Assembly (NCBI GenBank): GCA_050950765.1
Contig: JBMNIF010000001.1
Coordinates: forward strand, 479,885-543,884
Origin: Bdellovibrionota bacterium
Lineage (GTDB): Bacteria > Bdellovibrionota_C > UBA2361 > JAAYZI01
DNA length: 64,000 nucleotides
Direction: 5' to 3'
The position numbers and the translations under genes were made by a program. Numbering within the stretch: the stretch's first letter is position 1; the number at the start of each line of letters is the position of its first letter. The notes beneath the pieces were generated by a model, which had not been told where the DNA came from, searched no databases, and was given only the letters and a program-made list of their open reading frames with translations. This document shows, in pieces, positions 19,754-30,702 of the stretch.

Positions 19754-20194
19754 TATTCTTCCTATTAAACTTCTAAAATAAACTTTAAGCTATAAAGTGT
19801 ATAAGCCACGTACTTAAATGATTCTATAAAGAATAGAATTCTTAATCAAAAAAATTTTTAAAAAACTATTTCTAAAGTAAGGCACTGATTATTTTATTTA
19901 AATTAAAGAATCTTTAACCTCCTTAACCTTTTTAAGCGTTAGAATTTTATCACCAAATTAAAATCCAGCCATAGCCCAACCATAGAGAGTCTTAATTTAT
20001 CTCCCCTTAGATATAAAAAAAGTGAGCATCTTTCCCTAGCTTTAGAAGTGATCCCGCTTTTAAGGAGAGCTCTTAGAAACAAGCACTAAAAACACCCCTA
20101 CTAAAAACTTTGTAATTTGCAAAAGTAAAAATGTAAGAAAAGTAAAAATAAAGTTAACTAAGAGACTAAGAGAAAAGAGGTTAAAATAGAATAA

Positions 20195-21214
20195 CTAGAT
20201 CCATTTCTTCTTTCTAAAGAAAAACAACATTATAATAGCTATTAGTAGCATGATAGAGGTGATAATCCAGAATCCGTTCCGATTATCTAAGAGTGGAATA
20301 ACCCCGAAATTCATGCCATACATCCCTGTCACTAAATTTAAGGGGACTGCTACCGTTGTGATTACAGCTAAGATACGCATAATATCACCCAGCTGCACAT
20401 TAACCATAGCAAAATAGACATCACGAATACCTACCAAAGAATCTATCTGCGTATCTATGGTTTTACTAATAGCCATAGCGTGATCTTCAATATCACGGAA
20501 ATAACGGCGCAGATGCCTTTCTCTGATTAGAGTGGCTTCATGAGCTAATCGAGAGATAACAACACGTTGATCACGCATAACTTGACGAAGGAAAGCGAGG
20601 CGACGCTTAATTTGAATAATCTCTGTCACATCAAAGCTATCTGGATCTTCAATAATCAGATCTTCTAACTCATCAATAGAGTTTTCAAAATAATTTAACC
20701 CTCGAGAAAAACGATCAATTAGAACGTCCACAATAGCGTGCGTTAAGGTGTCGGTGCCATTAGCTACCGTGCGTTCAGGGATCTGCTTTGAGCGACGAAT
20801 TAAAGCATCTAACCAAGGGATCTCCCGTAAGCGGTGTGTAATAACGAACTTTTCAGAGAGGTAGATAGCAAGCGCTTGAGTGTATTCTTCCTCCGTTGCT
20901 TTATGTGGCTCCTCCCTATTTTTTCCCTCTGCAGCATCTTCTTGGAAAAAAGGCTCGGTACTAAAACTGCGAAAAATCATAAAAAGATATTTGCCGTAAT
21001 CATCCAACTTCGGAGAGTGGTCGGGATCAAGACAGTCTTCAATAGTTAATTCATGGAGTCCGAAGTGTGTAGCAACCCTCTGCAGATCTCCTGTTGATTC
21101 TTCATCAATGTCGATCCAGATCGTATGCTTTTCGTTAAGAGTATCCAAAACATCAAGTGATTCATGACACTGCAAATTACCTTCTTGATCGTATACCATT
21201 ACATTGACTGTCAT
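20195..21214 (-). CDS. corA: Magnesium transporter CorA family
   Basis: FGLHELTIEDC, GMYGMNF signature, two C-terminal TM helices. Confidence 0.95.
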   Translation of the reverse strand: MTVNVMVYDQEGNLQCHESLDVLDTLNEKHTIWIDIDEESTGDLQRVATHFGLHELTIEDCLDPDHSPKLDDYGKYLFMIFRSFSTEPFFQEDAAEGKNREEPHKATEEEYTQALAIYLSEKFVITHRLREIPWLDALIRRSKQIPERTVANGTDTLTHAIVDVLIDRFSRGLNYFENSIDELEDLIIEDPDSFDVTEIIQIKRRLAFLRQVMRDQRVVISRLAHEATLIRERHLRRYFRDIEDHAMAISKTIDTQIDSLVGIRDVYFAMVNVQLGDIMRILAVITTVAVPLNLVTGMYGMNFGVIPLLDNRNGFWIITSIMLLIAIIMLFFFRKKKWI

Positions 21215-21331
21215 GATCTTTATTACCTTGTTGATGGAGCTATCGGCACTCTCTTTCTCTTTTTTGTTGTAGAAAACAGAGAAAGATCACCTAACACCGT
21301 TTTTCTTTAAATATTACATCGGTCTTATTAC

Positions 21332-22360
21332 TCAAAATATACCAAATGCTCTTAACCTATATTCTAAAATCTTTTCAGATGCCACGAACGACTTTACATC
21401 TCTAAGACCTAAGCCTGCAATTGCTGCTGTAAAATTATCCGTATCTTCTACACCACCGTTTTTATAATATTTTTCACCTTCTAGCAAAGCCCTTAATGGG
21501 ATTAACCCTATAATTTCCGAACCGGTGACGGTGCAATCTAAAGACTTCGCTAATTTTGCGGCAGCTTCATAGATAATATGGAGTGGCGGATCACCGATCT
21601 GCCGAAGGTTTGTTGAGATCTGAGCCCGTTTAAAATCTTCTATATACCAACCGATCGCTTCACAATTAGGAAACATTCCCGCCTCTCTAAGGGGCGTGCC
21701 AGAAGCGTCTTTAATAACCTTGCCTGCGGGGTCTCGCTTTAAAGAGCCAGATCCACGTAACTTCGCTGCAATCACTTTTGCCGCTTCTACATTATCGTTA
21801 GCAAGGTTGATGTTGTACGCCAACATCGGTAAACGTGCTCCGATAATCGTTCCGCCAGCGGATCCCACCTCGCTAGGTCCAAAATCGGGTGTGATCTCCT
21901 TATCTTTGATGCGTTTAAGTAAACCTTGATAACCACCCCGTCTGATGTTTGAAAGTTTAGTTTTTGTTGCGCCTGAAGGTGTTACGCCGTATAAAAAAGT
22001 CGGTATCTTTAAATTATTCCCCACCTCTTTTGCAACCTCTTCAGCCAGTAGTGCGCAATCTTGTAAGGTGCTCTCTCCTAATGACACAAAAGGACAAACA
22101 TCTGCTGCGCCGATGCAGGGGTGTACCCCTTGATGTTTACGCATATCAATTAAGGTTGTAGCACTTTTTATAAATGCTACGGCGGCACCTTTCATCAATT
22201 CCAGTGGGGCTGCAAAGGTGATAACAGATCGACCCGCACTGCGACCACTATCAATGTCAAGAATTAAGGCGCCGTTATCTTTCGCCGCATTAGCAACTTC
22301 TTGAATAACGGAGGTATCACTTCCTTCACTTATATTTGCAACACACTCTATTAGTTTCAT
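21332..22360 (-). CDS. ftcD: Glutamate formiminotransferase (stand-alone)
   Basis: MKLIECVANISEG, IDMRKHQGVHPCIGAADVCPF, LSNIRRGGY, SEIIGLIP. Confidence 0.9.
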   Translation of the reverse strand: MKLIECVANISEGSDTSVIQEVANAAKDNGALILDIDSGRSAGRSVITFAAPLELMKGAAVAFIKSATTLIDMRKHQGVHPCIGAADVCPFVSLGESTLQDCALLAEEVAKEVGNNLKIPTFLYGVTPSGATKTKLSNIRRGGYQGLLKRIKDKEITPDFGPSEVGSAGGTIIGARLPMLAYNINLANDNVEAAKVIAAKLRGSGSLKRDPAGKVIKDASGTPLREAGMFPNCEAIGWYIEDFKRAQISTNLRQIGDPPLHIIYEAAAKLAKSLDCTVTGSEIIGLIPLRALLEGEKYYKNGGVEDTDNFTAAIAGLGLRDVKSFVASEKILEYRLRAFGIF

Positions 22361-22489
22361 AAGATACCTCTTATAACCTTAAACGATCTTAAAGACAGTA
22401 TTTTATCAGTTTTTTTCTGAAAAAAATCATATTTGTGGTTTCAACACCTTGCAAAGTTTTGTAGAATACTGCAAAGTTTGGCAGGTTAT

Positions 22490-22563
22490 GGCGACGTAGC
22501 TCAGCTGGTTAGAGCACAGAACTCATAATTCTGGGGTCGGTGGTTCGTGTCCACCCGTCGCTA
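22490..22563 (+). tRNA. tRNA-Met (CAT), elongator-like; CCA not encoded
   Basis: Acceptor GGCGACG/CGTCGCT, D arm GCTC...GAGC, anticodon arm CAGAA-CTCATAA-TTCTG, T arm GGTGG-TTCGTGT-CCACC. tRNA-Ile2 not strictly excluded. Confidence 0.93.
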
Positions 22564-22641
22564 CTATCTTTTTTCTATTGTCCGACTTCTTCTTTGTAAA
22601 CTCTACTTCTTTGATATCATTTTGTATGATTTTCTCTATTC

Positions 22642-23919
22642 ATGGGGAGTTATATGTCATTTTATCAAGTAACGTCAAAGTGCGAAGGTTCAGATCTTGT
22701 TCGTGATCTTGTCAGGAAATATCACTCTCCGTTATACGTTTTTGAAGAAGATATCATCCGCTATCGGTGTCAGGAGTTAAAAAACGCTGTCACCTATAAA
22801 AACACCGTAATACGTTACGCTTGCAAGGCGTTAACCTTACGATCTGTTTTGCAGATTATACGAGGAGAAGGGATCTGGATCGATGCCTCTTCTTTAAATG
22901 AGGTAAAAAGAGCCTTGTTGGCGGGTTATACGCCATCGGAAATTTTGTATACCGGTGAGAACTGTTCGGAATTAGTATTTAAGGAATTGCTTGATCTTGG
23001 AGTATCTATCAATTGCAGCTCATTAGATCAGTTGCACTTACTGGGAAGATTAGCTGAAGGATCTAAAGTCTCCGTCCGTTTTAATCCAGGGGAGGGGCAT
23101 GGGGCTAATAATAAAATAAATACCGGCGGTCCCTCCAGTAAGCACGGTGTGTACTTTGATCAGGTAGATCAAGTAAAGAAAATATTGCGACAATACTCCT
23201 TAAAAATAAACGGCATTCATACCCATATCGGATCGGGCACAGATCTTGCGCATTGGCTCCGCATAAAAAACTTAACGTTTGAGATCGCTAAAGACTTCTC
23301 TGATCTTGATTGGATTGACTTAGGTGGTGGGATACCTGTTGTTTATAATCCAGAGGAGGATAAGCCGTTACCCCTGAAAGAGTGGGGCTCTCAAATGACG
23401 GCGGAGTTTGAAAAGTTTTGTGCCGAATACGGGAAAGAGTTGCAACTCCAAATTGAGCCAGGTAGGTTCCTTGTGGCAGAGTGCGGTTCTTTACTGGCTG
23501 AAGTGCAAAACTTGAAGAGAACTCCCGCCTATAATTTCGTTATACTTAATACTGGGTTTAATCATAATCCACGTCCTGCTATGTACGGTTCTTTTCATCC
23601 GATATCTTTTGTTGCAGGCGATGGCAGAGCTATGCAGGGTGAGGTTGAATATGTTGTGGCAGGTTACCTCTGTGAATCAGGCGATGTTTTTACAGTCAAA
23701 AGTGATGGAACTTTAGCCCCGAGAAAATTTCCGCAACTGCAACTTGGCGACATTATGGTCATGAGAAATGTCGGAGCTTATTCACACTCAATGAAGAGCA
23801 ATTACAATTCAATGAACTATCCACCCTCTCTCTTATTACAAAGTGACGGGTCAGTGCGAGTTATTGAAAGGAGAGGAACTCTTGAAGATATTATACGTCG
23901 AGAAGTTGAATCGTATTAA
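22642..23919 (+). CDS. lysA: Diaminopimelate decarboxylase
   Basis: YACKA (PLP Lys), HTHIGSG, DLGGG, EPGRFLV, LCESGD, GAY. Confidence 0.95.
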   Translation: MGSYMSFYQVTSKCEGSDLVRDLVRKYHSPLYVFEEDIIRYRCQELKNAVTYKNTVIRYACKALTLRSVLQIIRGEGIWIDASSLNEVKRALLAGYTPSEILYTGENCSELVFKELLDLGVSINCSSLDQLHLLGRLAEGSKVSVRFNPGEGHGANNKINTGGPSSKHGVYFDQVDQVKKILRQYSLKINGIHTHIGSGTDLAHWLRIKNLTFEIAKDFSDLDWIDLGGGIPVVYNPEEDKPLPLKEWGSQMTAEFEKFCAEYGKELQLQIEPGRFLVAECGSLLAEVQNLKRTPAYNFVILNTGFNHNPRPAMYGSFHPISFVAGDGRAMQGEVEYVVAGYLCESGDVFTVKSDGTLAPRKFPQLQLGDIMVMRNVGAYSHSMKSNYNSMNYPPSLLLQSDGSVRVIERRGTLEDIIRREVESY

Positions 23920-24289
23920 GTAGTTTTTTACCACGATCTTGTGATGTTGTCCCTATCACGACCGAGATCTTTAACGAAACTAAAGCCTCTTTTATCAGAT
24001 AGATCATAGTGTGGTATTGATGAAGAGATAATCATAAAGCCTAAAGAGGTAGCAGGTAACGTTTAGTAGTTTTTTTTCGGCAAAGCTTGGAGACCTCTTT
24101 TATCTCTTTATCCTTAAAGAAGGTAAAAACATCTTTATAGTAAAGAGAGACTTAAGGAAAGAGCTTTTTAGTGTGACGTTTTACTATTTAAAATCTCTAT
24201 TCAATCTGAATAATAACCTTGAATTATGCGCAAAGGGTGGTTATCTCATCTTATAGCTTTAAAGTCTTAAATAAGGAGAGAGCGTAGAG

Positions 24290-25267
24290 GTGCAATATAA
24301 GGATTATTACGAGATACTGGGGGTAAAACGAGAAGCTTCGCAAGATGAAATTCAGAAAGCTTTTAGGAAACTTGCACGTAAATACCATCCTGATGTTAAT
24401 AAAGAGAAGGGCGCAGAAGAGCGTTTTAAAGAGCTTAATGAGGCTTATGAGGTGCTAAAAGACCCTGAAAAACGCTCCAGATATGATGCTTTAGGTTCCA
24501 ACTGGCGTGACGGTCAAAATTTTCAACCCCCTCCAGGTTTTGAAAATATCTTTGCTAATTTCGGTTCTAAGCAAGGTACTAGAACTTATAGGACAACCTC
24601 CTCGATGGGTGGGGGTGCTGGTGGTTTTAGTAGCTTCTTTGATGCTTTGTTTGGTGGCGCTGGATTCTCTCAAGGGTTCTCTATGGGGGAAGGTGATTAT
24701 TCAGATATATTCGGTCAAAAACCACAAGCGAAGCAACACCAGACGATTAGTGGAGAGCTTTCTATCTCATTACAGGAAGCCTATGCCGGAACCTCTAAGA
24801 TGTTGACCTTAAAACAGGGAGATGGTTCTGAAAAAACTATTAATGTGCGGATAAAAGCGGGTGCTAAAGAAGGCTCTGTTATCCGTTTAAAGGGTCAAGG
24901 TGGTTTGAATCCTGCTACGGGACAAAAGGAAGACCTCCTTTTAAAGATACACGTCATGCCGGATAGTAAATTCCGTTTGGAGGGTGACAGTGTTGTGACT
25001 ACGGTTGTGATCTCTCCGTGGGAAGCGATTCTGGGAGTTAAGCTTGATGTGCCAACTTTATCAGGTTCTGTAAAGCTCTCTATTCCGGCGGGGGTGCAAG
25101 CAGGAACTCGCTTGCGCTTAAAGGAGAAGGGTATGCCGCAGAGAGGGGGTACTTTTGGAGATATGTTTGTAGAAGTTCGAGTTGTTATACCTAAAAAGAT
25201 AACGGAAAAAGAGAAGGAGCTGGTGAAAAAATTATCAGAACTTTCAAGTTTTAACCCGCGTGGTTAA
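24290..25267 (+). CDS. DnaJ-class (CbpA-like) chaperone without zinc finger
   Basis: J domain with KYHPD, G/F-rich linker, DnaJ C-terminal domain. Confidence 0.93.
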   Translation: MQYKDYYEILGVKREASQDEIQKAFRKLARKYHPDVNKEKGAEERFKELNEAYEVLKDPEKRSRYDALGSNWRDGQNFQPPPGFENIFANFGSKQGTRTYRTTSSMGGGAGGFSSFFDALFGGAGFSQGFSMGEGDYSDIFGQKPQAKQHQTISGELSISLQEAYAGTSKMLTLKQGDGSEKTINVRIKAGAKEGSVIRLKGQGGLNPATGQKEDLLLKIHVMPDSKFRLEGDSVVTTVVISPWEAILGVKLDVPTLSGSVKLSIPAGVQAGTRLRLKEKGMPQRGGTFGDMFVEVRVVIPKKITEKEKELVKKLSELSSFNPRG

Positions 25268-25346
25268 TCAGATAAAGAGAGGCTCTTAAAAAGTTATTGA
25301 GTCTGTATTGTTCTGCACGGTGTTTTTTTAAAGAGGGGTGTTGATC

Positions 25347-27965
25347 ATGGATTTTAATCGTTTTACACAAAAAAGTCAGGAAGGTATTTTAGCGGCGCAA
25401 GAGTTAGCTATTCGCATGAATCATACGGAGGCTGATGTTGAACATCTCTTGAGTGCGCTTGTGGAGCAGGATAACGGTTTAGTGCCGCGACTTCTTGAAA
25501 AAATGGGGATCTCTGTTAGTGCCGTAGAACTCGCTCTTAAAGAGGAGCTCGCCAAGAAACCAGCTTTAAAAAATTCAGCTGGAACTAAACAGGGTGAGAT
25601 CTATATTAGTCAAGCTTTAAATAAAGTTTTAATAGCAGCGCAAGATGAGGCAAAACGGCTAAAAGATGAATACACCTCTGTTGAGCATATATTTTTAGCC
25701 GCTGTTTCTGATGTAAAAAATGAAAGGCTGAAAAGTATATTTCAATCTTTTGCCTTAACACGATCGAATGTCTTAGCAGCGTTGACCGCTATCAGAGGGA
25801 ATCAACGTGTTGTAAGTGCTAATCCTGAAGAGACTTATGAAGCTTTGCAGAAGTACGGTAGAGACTTAGTTGAAGCTGCTAGGAGAAATGAAGGGGATCC
25901 TGTTATCGGGAGAGATGCGGAGATTCGTCGTGTTATAAGAATTCTTTCAAGGAAAACTAAAAACAATCCTGTTTTAATAGGTGAGCCAGGTGTCGGTAAA
26001 ACAGCTATTGTTGAAGGCTTGGCGCAACGGATCGTTAGAGGCGATGTTCCTGAAGGCTTAAAAGATAAAAAGATCTTTGCGCTTGATATGGGATCTTTGG
26101 TAGCAGGTGCTAAGTACCGCGGAGAATTTGAAGAGAGGTTAAAAGCAGTTCTACAAGAGATCGTTAAGTCACAAGGAGAGATCATCCTTTTTATCGATGA
26201 GCTGCACTTAATCGTTGGTGCTGGAAAAACTGATGGTGCAATGGATGCTGGGAACTTACTAAAGCCTATGTTGGCAAGGGGAGAGTTGCACTGCATCGGG
26301 GCTACAACACTTGATGAATACAGACAATACATAGAAAAAGATAAAGCCTTAGAGCGTCGTTTTCAAACGGTAGTGGTTGATCAACCTTCAGTGGAAGATA
26401 CGATATCTATTTTAAGGGGTATTAAGGAACGTTTTGAGGTGCATCACGGCGTAAAGATTCAGGATAGCGCTGTTGTGGCCGCTGCAGTTTTATCTCAACG
26501 TTACATTACCGATCGATTTTTACCTGATAAGGCGATAGATCTGATCGATGAAGCTTGTGCATCTATCAGAACTGAGATCGATTCCATGCCTGCTGAGCTT
26601 GATGAGGTAACGCGTCGTATTATGCAGCTTGAAATTGAAGAGGCAGCACTTAAGAAAGAGAAAGATAAAGGTAGTAAAGATCGTTTAAAAATTTTGCAGA
26701 AAGACTTAGCTGACTTGAAAGAGAAAGCTGCAGTTATGCGTGCTCAATGGGAAGGTGAAAAAGATGCTATTGGAAAGGTGCAGACCCTACGAGGTAATAT
26801 TGAAAAAGTTAAACGTGAAATCGAACAGGCGGAGCGTTCATACGATCTTAATAAGGCAGCTGAGTTAAAGCACGGTACCTTACCCCGTCTTGAAAAAGAG
26901 CTACTGGAAAATGAGAAATTGATGGATAGCTCTGATAAACCGAAGTTGTTACACGAAGTAGTAACTGAAGAGCAGATCGCCGAGATCGTTGCGCACTGGA
27001 CGGGCATCCCCGTAACCCGTTTAATGGAGGGTGAACGTGAAAAGTTATTGCGCCTTGAAGAGATTCTACATAAGCGTGTAGTTGGTCAAGATGAAGCTGT
27101 ACAGTTAGTCGCTAATGCTGTGATTAGAGCCCGTGCTGGTATTAAAGATCCGAAACGTCCGATAGGATCCTTTATCTTTCTTGGACCGACAGGAGTTGGT
27201 AAAACAGAGTTGGCTAAAGCTCTAGCTGAAACCCTCTTTGATACAGAAGAAAGTATCGTTCGTATCGATATGAGCGAATATATGGAGAAGTTTTCAGTCT
27301 CGAGATTGATCGGTGCTCCTCCAGGGTATGTAGGGTATGAAGAGGGTGGACAACTGACAGAAGCTGTACGTAGAAAGCCGTATTCAGTAATCTTGTTGGA
27401 TGAGATAGAAAAAGCGCATCCGGAAGTTTTTAATGTTTTATTACAGGTTCTGGATGATGGGCGTATTACAGACTCTCAAGGAAGAACTGTCGACTTTAAA
27501 AATACCGTAGTTATTATGACTTCAAATATCGGCTCCTTAGAGCTTTTAGAGGGGTGTGATAAGAATGGTAATATCTCTGATAAAGTCAGTGAGAGTGTTA
27601 TGAAAGAGCTTAGGCTCCATTTCCGTCCTGAATTTTTAAATAGGGTTGACGATATTATCTTGTTTAAGCCGTTACGCCTTGATCAGATCGTAAAGATCGT
27701 TGATTTACAACTTGATAACTTGGGTAAACGTTTAGCTCTTCATGATATTAAGTTAGAGTGCTCTGATGAAGCTAAACGGTGGATAGCTAAAGAGGCGTAT
27801 GACCCTGCTTTCGGAGCTCGTCCGATAAAAAGATACATTCAACACAACCTTGAAACAAAGATCGGACGTACCTTAATTGAACGCTCAATAGGTGAAGGGG
27901 CTACGGTTTCTATAACGCTTAGTGACGGAAAATTGTCGGTAGAGGTAAAGACAGTAGGTGTATAA
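25347..27965 (+). CDS. clpB: Chaperone ClpB
   Basis: Two AAA+ modules ([16 protein letters not shown]), coiled-coil M domain, [11 protein letters not shown]. Confidence 0.98.
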   Translation: MDFNRFTQKSQEGILAAQELAIRMNHTEADVEHLLSALVEQDNGLVPRLLEKMGISVSAVELALKEELAKKPALKNSAGTKQGEIYISQALNKVLIAAQDEAKRLKDEYTSVEHIFLAAVSDVKNERLKSIFQSFALTRSNVLAALTAIRGNQRVVSANPEETYEALQKYGRDLVEAARRNEGDPVIGRDAEIRRVIRILSRKTKNNPVLIGEPGVGKTAIVEGLAQRIVRGDVPEGLKDKKIFALDMGSLVAGAKYRGEFEERLKAVLQEIVKSQGEIILFIDELHLIVGAGKTDGAMDAGNLLKPMLARGELHCIGATTLDEYRQYIEKDKALERRFQTVVVDQPSVEDTISILRGIKERFEVHHGVKIQDSAVVAAAVLSQRYITDRFLPDKAIDLIDEACASIRTEIDSMPAELDEVTRRIMQLEIEEAALKKEKDKGSKDRLKILQKDLADLKEKAAVMRAQWEGEKDAIGKVQTLRGNIEKVKREIEQAERSYDLNKAAELKHGTLPRLEKELLENEKLMDSSDKPKLLHEVVTEEQIAEIVAHWTGIPVTRLMEGEREKLLRLEEILHKRVVGQDEAVQLVANAVIRARAGIKDPKRPIGSFIFLGPTGVGKTELAKALAETLFDTEESIVRIDMSEYMEKFSVSRLIGAPPGYVGYEEGGQLTEAVRRKPYSVILLDEIEKAHPEVFNVLLQVLDDGRITDSQGRTVDFKNTVVIMTSNIGSLELLEGCDKNGNISDKVSESVMKELRLHFRPEFLNRVDDIILFKPLRLDQIVKIVDLQLDNLGKRLALHDIKLECSDEAKRWIAKEAYDPAFGARPIKRYIQHNLETKIGRTLIERSIGEGATVSITLSDGKLSVEVKTVGV

Positions 27966-28029
27966 TGAAGGTGAAACTCCTCGATCTTCCCTCTTGCTAT
28001 AATAGAAAGCATTTTTCACAATACTGTAC

Positions 28030-29262
28030 ATGAGGGAGTTTAATATACCGAAGCAATATAGATCATCAGCGATCGCAACTTTAAAGTATGCAAGGCAAAA
28101 ACTTGATCCGAAAAAGAGAGATCTGACTCCATCTGTGCTTGATTGTGGAGAGATCTCTTTTAAGATCGCTCGTCATTTCGGTTTCTGTTTTGGTGTGCAA
28201 AATGCGATTGAAAAGGCGTACCGTGCGGTGGAGGAGAATCAAGGTCGCCGTGTGTTCCTTATTAGCGAGATGATACACAATCGGATTGTTAATGAGGATC
28301 TGAAGTCTAAGGGTGTGCACTTCCTTTCTGAGTTAAGTCCTAAGATAGAAGATGCTTTAGAACTCTTAAAGTCTGATGACGTTGTAATTATCCCAGCTTT
28401 CGGTGCCACCCTTGAATTACTTGAAAAATTGAAGAGGCGTGGAATCTCTTCTGAGTTTTATGATACGACCTGTCCATTTGTTGAACGAGTTTGGCGTAAG
28501 GTGCAAACGTTGGGTAAAAGCGGCTTTAGTGTTGTTATTCACGGCAAACATAAACATGAGGAGGTGCAAGCTACCTTCTCACACGCTTCTAAATATGCAC
28601 CTAGTATTGTCATTAAAGATCAGGAAGAAGCGCGCCTACTGGCGGAATTTATTACGGACGAGAGACCTCTTTCTGAATTTGAAGCTACCTTTAGTGGTGT
28701 TGTATCAGAAGGATTTGATGCGAGTAGTGACCTTGATAAAATTGGAGTTGTTAATCAAACAACCATGTTGGCTGAGGAAACTCACGCTATCTGTGAGATA
28801 ATAAAAAACGCTCTTTTACGCCGTTTTGATACGACGGAGATCGGAGATCGTTTTGCCGAGACAGAAGATACCTTGTGTTATGCCACAACAGAGAATCAGG
28901 AGTCTGTCAAGGCGCTATTATCTGACGGTGGAGATCTGGCTTTAGTTGTCGGTGGTTATAATTCATCGAATACTTCACACCTTGTGGAGTTGTTGCAGTG
29001 GAAAATTCCGACCTATTATATAGAGAGCGCAACTGAAATTTTAAATCGTGATCAAATTCAACACTATGTTCTAAGTGCTAAGGATGTTAAAGTATCTTCG
29101 AATTGGCTACCGCAAAAGAGAAAGCCTGTAATTTTATTAACTGCGGGAGCGAGTTGTCCGGATGTTGCTGTAGATGATGTGTTGACACGTGTCGCAGAAT
29201 GTCTTGAACTTAATATAGATTTTGATGCGGTCGTAAATACATATATAAAAGGTCTCCAATAA
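28030..29262 (+). CDS. ispH: 4-hydroxy-3-methylbut-2-enyl diphosphate reductase
   Basis: GFCFGV, DTTCPFV, TLCYAT, NSSNT, TAGASCP. Confidence 0.95.
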   Translation: MREFNIPKQYRSSAIATLKYARQKLDPKKRDLTPSVLDCGEISFKIARHFGFCFGVQNAIEKAYRAVEENQGRRVFLISEMIHNRIVNEDLKSKGVHFLSELSPKIEDALELLKSDDVVIIPAFGATLELLEKLKRRGISSEFYDTTCPFVERVWRKVQTLGKSGFSVVIHGKHKHEEVQATFSHASKYAPSIVIKDQEEARLLAEFITDERPLSEFEATFSGVVSEGFDASSDLDKIGVVNQTTMLAEETHAICEIIKNALLRRFDTTEIGDRFAETEDTLCYATTENQESVKALLSDGGDLALVVGGYNSSNTSHLVELLQWKIPTYYIESATEILNRDQIQHYVLSAKDVKVSSNWLPQKRKPVILLTAGASCPDVAVDDVLTRVAECLELNIDFDAVVNTYIKGLQ

Positions 29263-29723
29263 TGAATAGAAATATCCCTACTAATGAACGTGCTTTTACA
29301 TTAATAGAGCTCCTAATGGTTTCTTTAATTCTCGGATTGTTGCTGTTGATGAGCTCAACTGTTTTTTCAGCTTTGCGTTCTTCTGCCAATTACGCCGTTG
29401 TAGCACAAGGCATGGGTGATGCTAGAAAGGCATTTGTAGCAGGACTTGGTGCGCATGATAAAATAATGAACGCCTTAGAGCTATCTCAAAAGACGGCAGG
29501 GGAGCTTAAAGATAGTACTGCTAGAGAGCTGCTACCAGCTTTTAGATTATCTAAAAAGGTTGCTCTAGATCTGACTTACGATCCGACCTGTGAAGATCTC
29601 GGTTGTGAAGAGCTCTATATTCAGTTGCGACACTGTCAAGGAAAAGAGTTTCAACGTTTAGTGCGCTTTGGAAATGGAATTGAGGTGTTGCAAGAGAATA
29701 TTCAAGGAGAGGGGTGCCCGTAA
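29262..29723 (+). CDS. Prepilin-type N-terminal cleavage/methylation domain protein
   Basis: NERA|FTLIELLMV followed by hydrophobic helix; four C-terminal Cys; start overlaps ispH stop (TAATG). Confidence 0.8.
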   Translation: MNRNIPTNERAFTLIELLMVSLILGLLLLMSSTVFSALRSSANYAVVAQGMGDARKAFVAGLGAHDKIMNALELSQKTAGELKDSTARELLPAFRLSKKVALDLTYDPTCEDLGCEELYIQLRHCQGKEFQRLVRFGNGIEVLQENIQGEGCP

Positions 29724-29820
29724 TTTTGAAGTTAAAAACTTCTTGTGAAGGTATAAACGCCTTGACAATGTCTCTTGATATGAGTAAAACTCGACAAGTT
29801 TAAAAGGTTGTTGTTTTTGC

Positions 29821-29852
29821 CCTTTAACAGCGAATCTGAGAGTTCGCCAAGG
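29821..29852 (+). promoter_or_regulatory. PyrR-binding stem-loop of the pyr attenuator
   Basis: CCTTTAA-ca-GCGAA-TCTGAGAG-TTCGC-c-AAGG resembles the PyrR binding loop; lies 5' of pyrR; TTGACA at 29762. Confidence 0.8.
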
Positions 29853-29994
29853 AAAGCATGACGGTGTTCAAAAAGTCAATTCCCGTATTGTATCATTCAT
29901 TGTGCGCTGCATTTTCTAAGCGGTGTCTAGCGTGTTTTTTTCTTCAACTAAGATATCTTTTAAAAAGTTTTTTAATTATCTTAAAGATTTGTGC

Positions 29995-30027
29995 AAGGCG
30001 TAGAGTCGCAAGGTTACTACCTTTTTC
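29995..30027 (+). terminator. Putative attenuator terminator in pyr leader
   Basis: AAGGcGTAGAGTC-GCAA-GGTTaCTACCTTTTT imperfect hairpin plus T run. Confidence 0.45.
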
Positions 30028-30078
30028 TGTAACGTCCTTTGTCACTACCTTTAGGATCTTGTTTTTTAAGGAGTTATT

Positions 30079-30666
30079 ATGAGCGATGCGGCGGTAAAGG
30101 AGATCCCGAGTGATTGGAAACTCCTCGTTAATTCAGAAACAATAGCGCGTTGTGTAACACGGATCAGTTATGAAATCGTTGAGAAAAATAGGGATCTTTC
30201 ACATCTGGCGATTGTCGGTATTAGAAGCGCAGGTGAATTCTTAGGGCAACGTATTCATGATAAGATTGAAGAGATTGAAAAGCGTAAGATATCATTCGGA
30301 GTTATTGATATTACCTTATACCGAGATGATTTAGCGCAGACTTTGGCGCAACCGATCTTAAAGGGTTCTCATCTGCCATTTTCAATAGATGGGGCACGCA
30401 TAGTTTTGGTTGATGATATTCTTTACACGGGTCGAACGGTACGTTCTGCCTTAGATTGTGTGGTTGATTTTGGTCGTCCTGCTTGTGTGGAGTTCGCTGT
30501 CTTAATTGATAGAGGACACCGTGAGCTTCCGATCAGAGCTGATTATGTTGGTAAAAACTTACCGACACGACGTGATGATAAAGTTAGAGTAAAACTTACG
30601 GATCAAGGTTTTGCAGATGATGGGGTTTATTTAGTGAAAGCGGGTGCCGCTAAAGAAGATTTATAA
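30079..30666 (+). CDS. pyrR: PyrR regulator/uracil phosphoribosyltransferase
   Basis: IDITLYRDD, VDDILYTGRT, DRGHRELPIRADYVGKN. Confidence 0.97.
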   Translation: MSDAAVKEIPSDWKLLVNSETIARCVTRISYEIVEKNRDLSHLAIVGIRSAGEFLGQRIHDKIEEIEKRKISFGVIDITLYRDDLAQTLAQPILKGSHLPFSIDGARIVLVDDILYTGRTVRSALDCVVDFGRPACVEFAVLIDRGHRELPIRADYVGKNLPTRRDDKVRVKLTDQGFADDGVYLVKAGAAKEDL

Positions 30667-30702
30667 AAATAAAAATGGTGATGTTCTATTTAGGAGAGAT
30701 AG

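Noticed and set aside
20110..20194. Purine-rich quasi-periodic tract after corA
   Set aside because: No stable repeat unit; treated as low complexity.
21240..21266. Sigma28-like CAAA-N15-GCCGATAG before corA
   Set aside because: Imperfect -35 in a low-complexity tract and no functional link to support it.
23920..24289. CIRCE, HAIR or sigma32 site before dnaJ-like/clpB
   Set aside because: Only a lone CTTGAA; no complete consensus.
29858..30082. 74-aa ORF before pyrR
   Set aside because: Lies in the PyrR attenuator leader; no homology cues.
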